NCBI RefSeq assembly: GCF_009914755.1
Contig: NC_060931.1
Strand: one strand, 5' to 3'
Source of the DNA: the human T2T-CHM13v2.0 reference genome, Homo sapiens
Length of the DNA: 64,000 nucleotides
Shown here: positions 55,601-64,000 of the stretch, in pieces
Position numbering within the stretch: position 1 is the first letter of the stretch
How the letters are laid out: each line of letters opens with the position of its first letter
Notes under the pieces: generated by a model
Database searches by the model: none
What the model was told of the DNA's origin: nothing
Seen by the model: the letters and a program-made list of their open reading frames with translations, nothing else
Position numbers and translations under genes: made by a program

Positions 55601-57809
55601 CCCAGCAAAATTGCTTCAAGAAATAAAGAAGGATCATTTGAGATTTGCATGTCAAATGTGAAGAGCCAGGGCTGCTTATTTTCTTAAGCAGGTTAAACAT
55701 GTTCTCTAAAATTCTCTATGTCCTATTAATGTGCTTCAAAATGACTTCCCCCTTTTTTAATATAAGTAATCAAAGGTAAATGTAATCCCCTGTCCAAATT
55801 CTCATTAATTCTGAGTCGATACAATTCTATTTCACTGCAAGTTTTTCTCTATTTCATAAATATGCTTACCTCCAAATCCACCTAACAGAGATGGAAAAAT
55901 GTATACTATTGCTAATAAATGTTTACATCATCTTAGATTCCTTTTTCTCAATTGTCACCATCTCCTTGGGAACTCATTTGGTAGAAAGATAGACTTTTGA
56001 TACAGACAAAACTTCACGTGCCTTCCACTTGCTAAATGTGTGTTGAGCAGCTTCCTTAAGACTGCCAGATATTATACTAAGGTGTGGCTATCAAGTTAAG
56101 TTAAATCTCATACCTGCAGTTTCTAAGGCCACCTGTGTGACAAACTGAAGACAAGTTAATTAAAGACACCTAAGGAGTCTACACTCAGCTGAAAGTGTGT
56201 TTGTTTCACTTGAACTTGAGAAGGCTGACCCTCTTCATCTCTTCAGTGGACAGTTACAAGACAGTAACCAGCTCTTCTCCCATGCTGCTGAAAACAAGGC
56301 TAAGAAAGTAAACTGCCATGTGAGGAATTGCAGGTAATTATATGGGAGAATGTCTCATGAGAAAAACCTACTGGAATGGTCTAACCAAGGAAAAATTGGG
56401 ATCTTCATTACTAGAAAGCGTTCTAAAATATCACCAAAACCTATTCATCAAGACAGTTCAGTTGTAAACCAATCTGGCAACAGGAAGAACAAGAAGGACT
56501 TCGAGTTTTCTCCACTTCCTTTTAGAGAATTATAATTAAGGTATGTTTGTGTTACTATATACGCTTCAAGAACTTGCATTGAATAAATATCCTGTGTACA
56601 AAAACAGGAATGAACCATCCTTATTTGCAGAACTCTGAACCAAACCCATATACTATTTTTTCTTCACTAAACCAAAAGCTTTAACGAAAACATCCGAAAC
56701 AAACTGATCTAGAACTATGCTCATTTAAAATGTTTGAACTAGAATAGCTACGTCTTCTGAGTTAAACCTAAAGTGAACTAATATTATATTTAAGTACGTT
56801 TGAAGCTCTCCCATAGGCCCTATATAGATTATTTGTATTATGTATGATGTCTTTAGCTGGATATTGTCTCAAGAAACTATATACCCACAATGACTGCAGA
56901 TAAAATCTGTTTTATAAACACAAAAGACTATCATAAACACATCATAATCCATGTTAAACTACGCATCATGATCTAATGAGCCAGGAAGTCTGAAGATTAC
57001 AGGTTAGCTGGTATACAGAAATAAGGGTTACCCCAAAACTCAGCATATACCTTCTTCACTGTGGCTTAAGTTACCATATTAGAAATGCTAACCGCTCCAA
57101 CGACATTTTCACCTAAGAGAACCTGTCTCGCACCCCCAACCTCAGCAATGGGATTTGCATCTTGTAAATTCATCTTGAACCACAGCTGATTAGATCAGAC
57201 CTGAGCACACCCTCCGCCCCTCAATGCACAGAGAAGCATTCCATAGGCCAGACCGAACCAAATTCTCTGTCTGACTCCATTTGATCTAAGAGACACAGCA
57301 GCAGAGTCAGGTGGTAGCTAAAGCTCACGGATGATGCAGCACTGGTGTCAGTGTCTGTAAATCACTGCCGCTGAGGGCTCAGGGGCAGCCCTGCTCCCTG
57401 AGTTCTGGGACCACAGCTTTTCTTTTGGGTTCCAAAAATATTTTAGTTTTCTTGTAGCATATTTTTACCTGAGATACTTCAAAAAAATTTCTGTTCCTCA
57501 CCTTTCTGACATTCTCTCAACTCCCTTGCTTTCTCACCTCTACCCATGCTCACCTCGGTGGTAAACCCAGGGGAAGAATTACCATCCTGTTAATGGAGGG
57601 AAGAATAGGCCAAAACCATCAGAACAGTGCCAGATGCTAGATATCAGCAGTGAAGCCACATAAAGAAAGACAACCCATGGGGTCAGAAATCAAGGGGATG
57701 TGGACAGGCTTCAGAGCCAAGCCTGTGAACATATGGCGACCTCGGAGGCCTGTTATTCAGCTATGCCATCCGCTTGGTACAGGGCAGACCTGGTGGGCCA
57801 AAGCAGGGC

Positions 57810-57960
57810 TTTTCCCACTTTAATGTGCACATGAATCACCCGAGATGCTAGTGGAATGCAAGTTCTGATGCACTAGGTCAGGGGAGGGACCTGAACATCC
57901 GTTTCTAACAAGCTCCCAAGTGATGCCAAACATGTGGCTTTGGACCACACTTGAGTAGCA
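57810..57960. mobile_element. MER5A relic
   Basis: aatgtgcacatgaatcacc...tttctaacaagctcccaagtgatgcc...ggaccacacttgagtagca. Confidence 0.75.
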
Positions 57961-58488
57961 AAGGTGTAAAAAGCTTTGCAGGATTGAATTGTGCAGCAAC
58001 AATAAAATACATGATGGATAACAATAAGCAATAAAATAATAATAACATAAATAATTAACATATAAATAAAATAATTAACAATAAACAACAATAAAAGAAC
58101 CTCCATCTTCAGGTGGTGATGGAAAATTATGAAATCTCCAGGTGATGGAATTACTGGACCCCAAGTCTCTCTAAGTGCTGTACACAGCATCAGTGATTTA
58201 TGTTATAGTTGATCGCTTCTTCAAGCTGAGAGTAGAGACACTAGAAGCTCATGGTGAGGCAGATATGGATGGAAACTGGAGCCTCCATATTCCATCAAAT
58301 AGGTAGGCAAAGCTTAGAATGCCATACTTGGCACTGTGACCAGCCCCCAGATATTAGCCTTTCTGAATACATAACTGCTATATGAAAACTAAACTTGGGT
58401 CAGACCAAGTCTATGCCATATATTTCAGGAACAATTTGCAAAGTATCTTTTACTGTCTTTTCTTGCTGACTAAATATAACCTGCCTAT

Positions 58489-59113
58489 ACGGGTTGAGCA
58501 TCTCAAAATCCAAAAATCCAAAATCTGAAATGCTCCAAAATCCAAAACATTTGAGTGCCAACATCACATCCAAAGGAAATGCTCATTGGAGCATGTTGGA
58601 TCTCAGATTTTTAGTTTTGACGAGTGGATAAAGAAACTGTGGTATGTATATATGATGGAATACTACTCAGCCATAATAAGGAATGAATTAATGGCGTTCA
58701 CAGCAACCTGGATGAGATTGGAGACTATTATTCTAAGTGAAGTAACTCAGGAATGGAAAACCAAACATCGTGTGTTCTCACTCATAAGTGCGAGCTAAGC
58801 TATAAGGATGCAAAGGCATAAGAATGATACAGTTGGCTTCGGAGACTCGGGGGAAAGGGTGGGACAGGGGTGAGGGATAAAAGACTACAAATTGGGTTCT
58901 GTGTATACTCCTCAGGTGATGAGTGCAACAAAATCTCACAAATCACCACTAAAGAACTTACTCATGTAACCAAATACCACCTCTTCCCCAAATGGAAATA
59001 AAAATTTAAAAAAAAAGATTTTTAGGTTTGGGATACTCAACAAATATAATGCAAATATTCCAAAATAGAAACACTCTGGTCCCAAGCACTTCAGCTAAGG
59101 AAAACTCAGCCTG
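58489..59113 (+). mobile_element. MER46/Tigger4a DNA transposon split by an L1
   Basis: cgggttgagcatctcaaaatccaaaaatccaaaatctgaaatgctcc ... ctggtcccaagcacttcagctaagg..actcagcctg; TA flanks. Confidence 0.8.
58615..59015 (+). mobile_element. 5'-truncated L1PB-like 3' end
   Basis: gagtggataaagaaactgtggta...atcaccactaaagaacttactcatgtaacc, A-tail; TSD agatttttag at 58605 and 59016. Confidence 0.9.
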
Positions 59114-59719
59114 TATGCCTAACTTAACTGCAACAGAGATCCTTCTTTCTTTGATTAGACCACCTGGCTACATTCTTAGACGAGAGAACTCACTGGTGCT
59201 GGTAGGTGGAGCTCCAAGATGGAAATTCATGCCTAAAGAGTTTGGTTTGGGCTACTGAAAGCCTTTTTGCTGTGTGTAACTGAGGAGGAAGTAGAGATTA
59301 ATTTGGCTCATTTTCAGCCCAACTTATTTCCAGACCGTGGAATCTATCAGTGTAAATTTTAAGTCTGGGAAGGCTGCTTTTTATTTAAAAGACAACACTG
59401 GAGGTGACGGTGCTTTTAACTATGCAAATATAATGAAGCTCCCAACTTAGTAATGGTTCACTTAACCTAAAGTAAACTGAAAAGCCAGGCAGTGAGCCCT
59501 GTGCTTTATTGACTGAAGGCCATATAATGAATTTCCTTTTAAAAAGTGCATTTCATGTTGCCTTTATTTACTGATTTCTCACGAATAATCAACTTTAACC
59601 ATTTTTAACTACTATTTTAACCATTTTAAACATAGTTGCAGAAACTTCTGATTCAAGGTGATAGACTGACTTCATATTTTCATATCCTCTCTCTCCATAG
59701 GCCTCCAGGGGAAGGTAAA

Positions 59720-61045
59720 TGAGGTCATTCATTTATTCACTGCTACAGCATCAGGCACAGTTCTGGGTAAAAGTATCATGGTAATAGGCAAGACAGATAA
59801 AGACTATTCTCACAACACTTGAACATCCTAGATGAGTAGAGGTAGATGATAAACAGAATATGAACCTGAAATTACTGAGACTGAGATAGGTATTATGACC
59901 AAAGTGAAACAGGATGATTTTATAGAAAGTAAATTGGCAGCCATATCGTCAGGGACATTTAAGCTAAGACCTCAATGACAAGAAAGAATTAGCCCTGTAA
60001 AAATAGGAGGCAACAGCTATGGTAAAATCATTAAAATGAGAATGTGCTTGACCTTTTTAAGAAATCAAAAGTAGGCCCGTGTGATTGAGCATACTGAGAG
60101 AGGGGAAGAATAAATGGAGTTGAGAAGAAAGATCAGGGCAGATCATATGTGGCCTGTAGGAAGCCTGGAGTAAGAAGTAGGAGCACATTGTATAGGACCA
60201 TGGCCCATGGAGACCACAGAAAGTGGGGACCAGATGGCATAGGCCCATGGCCCAGGGTAAAGTGTTTGGATTTTATGTTAAGAAAGCAGAGAAGTCCTTA
60301 GAGCATTTTAATCAAGGCTCAAAATACCCTTATTTGTGCTTTTAAAAGGGCATTCTGTGCAGAAGAATTCCAAGTTATTTATGTGGATACTTTGCCCTCA
60401 ACGTAGTGGAACACAACTCCCTACTCCTTAAGTGTGTACTGGACATAATTACATTCTTCTTAAGAGTACTATATGGAAAGGATGGGAAAAGTAACTTTAC
60501 AGTGGAGAAACCTGAAAACACTACCTTAGCCAGATGGTCAAAGTCAACATCAATGGTGATAAGTCATGTTGATAGTATATACCTTTGATATGATGTAATA
60601 AGAATGATACTTTACCTCGTCGTCTCCCACTCCAAAATTCATAACTTCAGTCTAAACATGAAAAAAAATCGGACAAATCCCAGTGATGGACATTCTACAA
60701 AATACCTGACCAGTACTCCTCGAAGTCATCAAAATAAGAAAAGTCTGAGAAAAAAATCCAGCCAAGAGGAGCCTAAGGAGAATGATGACTAAATCTAACG
60801 TGGGATCTTGGGTCAGAAAAAGGACGTTAGGTAAACACTAAGGGAGTCTGAGCAAAGTATAAGTATGAGCTTTAGTTAATAATAATGTACCAGTATTTAT
60901 TCATTAATTATGACAAATACACCATACTACTATGTTAGTAACAGAGGAAATTGGGGGTAGGATATATGGGAACTTTCTGTACTATCTTCACAATTTTTCT
61001 GTAAATCTAAAACTGTTCTACAATTAAAAGTTTATTTTAAAAAAG
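59720..61045. mobile_element. L2 (minus, 59720-60355) interrupted by an L1MC/MD 3'UTR (plus, 60356-61045)
   Basis: L2 cattcatttattca...; L1 agtaactttacagtggagaaacctga...gggaactttctgtactatcttcacaatttttctgtaaatctaaaac. Confidence 0.7.
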
Positions 61046-61439
61046 TCTATTCTAGCTGCCATGTGCAAACTGAACTCTGGAGCACAAAAACAGCACTTTC
61101 TCATTCTAGTATCCCCTGGGTCCCTGAAAACCAGATTCTTTGTATTTTAAAAAGGAATTACAGATATAAGATAGAAGAGTTCATACTAATACTTGCCATT
61201 TAAATCCAAGACTACAGAGCTTTTACATAATCTGCTCTACCTCAGGCTAATTGGAGGATTGTTCTCTACAGAAATAAATGATTACAGGGCAAAGGTCTCT
61301 GAATTCAAGCATTTTTGGAACTCTCAGAATAAGAGCCAGTTTCATGCCTGATGACCCTAAAAAGAAGCCTGCCAATCAGTAACCTGCCTCATATCAGGTT
61401 CTTAATAAGTTTCAAGGCCTTACCCTTAAAATGTGTGGA

Positions 61440-62350
61440 TAGCCAAGAAAGATGAGACATCCAAGGAAAGCCTTGGACACGGAAGAAAGAACCAAGAAAA
61501 ACACAGGGAAAAAGCATAACACCAGAAGGAACATATAATTCAAGAAACAAAAGAAAACTTAAAGGAAAATAAATTAATGATTATCTTCGGGGATATTTGA
61601 GAAGATATTGCATGATGAAAACATAACAGAATGCTATGAAAAAAATGGAGGAAATAACCCTTAGATATAAAAGATATATTTAATAATAACTGAAATAAAG
61701 AGTTAAGTTCAAATAGTAAAGAGTTAAGTTCAAAGACAAATTTAGAATTATCTTTCAGAAAGAAGTATCCCAAAAAAGAGATGGAAAATATAACAAAAAT
61801 AATTAAAGGTTATGGATTATCATTCTAGAAGATCTGACATCAGACTAATAAGAGACCGAAAAGAAAAGAAAACAAGGAAAAAAATGATCAAATGAAAAAT
61901 ATGAGAGAATTTCCAAGATCTAAAGTACAGGGGTGCTCATACTTAGAAAATCCAGCAAGTGCCCAGCCTAGTAAAATAAAAACATTCACAGCAGGTTGTG
62001 AAATGTCAGAATATTAATTTTTAAAAAAATATCTGAAAATCTTCCCACCAGAGAAGCTTCCCTGGTCCTGTACAAGAAACAAAATACCACACTAGCCTCA
62101 AGGTTTCTCATGAAGTTAGAAGACACTGAAGAAGGGACTCAACATTTCTGACAGAAAACCATTTTCACTTATCATTCTATACCTAGCCAAACTGTCAATC
62201 AAGTGGGAAACTAGAATAAATACATGTTTAAATCTACACAGGCTTGGAAATTCATAGCCCACACCAGTTACCATAGGAGATGACTTGATGTGACCCAGAA
62301 CAAAAAGTAAAGGAAATCAAAGAAAGAGGAGGCTGCCCTGAAGCCTCAAG
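61440..62350 (+). mobile_element. Old L1M ORF1-like remnant
   Basis: A-rich; gagagaatttccaagatctaaa; attctatacctagccaaactgtcaatcaagtg. Confidence 0.55.
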
Positions 62351-63029
62351 TACTCAATGGTGCAGTAAGAAACAAAATACAAGAGTTGGGATTTGTAATT
62401 ATAGAGTAGCAAGATATTTGGATCCTAGAACTCAACATCAAGGCCAGATGGCATGGCTTGGAACACCCTGGTTCCCTCCTTTGAAAGGGGAAAAAGGCAG
62501 AAAGCCTGCCGTTCTAGGGTTCCCTGACCAGTCAGGTCACTTACCCTCCTGGCTGCTGGGACCCCTAGATTTTTACGAGAAACAAGGGAAGCTGTGAGGT
62601 GGGAGATGGAGGAGGTGAAGCTCACTGATACCATTATATATCATTAATCTCATGGGCAGCCTTTGAAATAACACTAAACTGAAGTCAATGTAATCGTGCC
62701 CAATTCTAGGTTGTCCTCTTTCCTTGCCTTGCCTGGACTGGCCTTTGTGGTCTGTCCTAGCTCACATGGGATTCAGACAACAGTAGATCCAACCCAGAGG
62801 CGTAATGAAGGAGGATCCTAATGAGGTAACTGTGTGGCAGGCCTAAGAACAAGCAGTCCAATTTGCTTCAGGAGGATAAAGAACTCCAGGAGGGAGGGAA
62901 TTCGGGGGCAATTAGTATCCAAGGGATTTAATAGTATTCCTGAGAATGTCGAATTATTTAAGAAGATGACAAAGAAGACGTCCTGAAAAACAAGGAGGAG
63001 TCAGAGGAAGAAAAGTGAAAAAAAAAATG

Positions 63030-63290
63030 CATTCATAATAGGTAACATTTATGTAGCACAAACTACAGACAAGGAGCCACTCTAAGCACTTGATGTTTAT
63101 TAGCTCCCTAATCCTCATAACAATTCAGAGACAGGCACTATTATTATACCCATTTTATAGATAACGGAACTGGGGCACAGAGAGGATTAGGAAGAACTTG
63201 CCAAAGGCCTAAACTTAGTGAGTGGCAGAGCCAGGATCAAATCCTGGCAGTCTGGCTCCAGCACCTGAGTGCCACGAACCACTACCTGAG
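63030..63290 (-). mobile_element. MIR
   Basis: cccattttatagataacggaactggggcacagagagg...acttgccaaagg. Confidence 0.75.
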
Positions 63291-63349
63291 ACCGGAAGCA
63301 CAATACCCTACCTCGCTGTGCTGGGGACAATATTTGAACACAACAATAA

Positions 63350-63655
63350 GTCCAGGCGTGGTGGCTCACGCCTGTAATCCCAACGCTTTGGGAGGCCGAG
63401 GTGGATGGATGACTTGAGGCCAGGAGTTCCAGACCAGGCTGGCCAGTATGGTGAAACCCCGTCTCTACTATAAATACAAAAATTAGCCAGGAAAGGTGGT
63501 GCATGCCTGTAGTCCCAGCTACTTGGGAGGCTGAGGCAGGAGAATCACTTGTACCAGGAGGCAGAGGCTGCAGTGAGCTGAGATCACACCACTGCACTAC
63601 AGCCTGGGCAATAGAGTGAGACTCTGTCTTGGAAAAAAAAAAAACAAAAACAAAA
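63350..63655 (+). mobile_element. AluS, full length
   Basis: Alu body plus A-rich tail; TSD aacacaacaat. Confidence 0.93.
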
Positions 63656-64000
63656 CACAACAATGAAAGCACTGTTTATTGATTTTCATCTTTTAGAATA
63701 AACATAACCCCCAAATCATTGTGTTTTCAAAACACAATGTTCTGGCAATGTAAAATTAAAGGACAAGTGGCAAAGTTGGGAACAGGAAAAATAGAAAAAG
63801 TGAGGAAAAAGGTAAGGGTGCTGGCATCTTAATCGTACAAAATAAGGAATTGAGAGATACTGTCTCTAATTTGTTTGCACACTTATTTCCCGTCTCCCTA
63901 CAACCCTGATGTCAGCCCCACAGGAGCAGAGACCTTGTTCATCTTGTTTGCTGTTATATTTCCAGCCCCCTACAGGAATACAAGGCATGTACCTGAAGGC

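Noticed and set aside
55643-55658. Octamer ATTTGCAT with adjacent SOX-like half site
   Set aside because: SOX half has two mismatches, and several octamers are expected by chance in 64 kb of AT-rich DNA
61696-61734. Short tandem duplication taaagagttaagttcaaa x2 (similar ones near 19548, 37623 and 55512)
   Set aside because: Ordinary slippage duplications; two units only, not a CRISPR-like array

Overview
Primate (hominoid/human-like) non-coding genomic DNA, intergenic or intronic, and dominated by interspersed repeats. I can support no intact host protein-coding gene: the ORF track is almost entirely L1, Alu, HERV-H and microsatellite read-through. Main elements: (1) a two-LTR HERV-H provirus (44238-49980, LTR7up-like LTRs, perfect tRNA-His PBS, 5-bp TSD CTCTT, degenerate gag/pro/pol, env largely deleted); (2) a ~3.9-kb composite insertion (589-4514) bounded by a 16-bp TSD, made of an L1PA8-like 5'UTR-ORF1-endonuclease fragment with a nested MER9 solo LTR, a TA-rich array and foreign MER3-containing DNA. 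There are also many Alu, L1M, L2, MIR, MaLR and DNA-transposon relics (including a piggyBac MER85), a truncated U6 copy, several apparent break-repair or template-switch scars, and a candidate TALE-HOX enhancer. I see no clearly new biological system; the most unusual items are the composite L1 insertion and an unassigned 80-bp hairpin. Repeat subfamily names come from recalled consensus sequences, and boundaries of old repeats are approximate.
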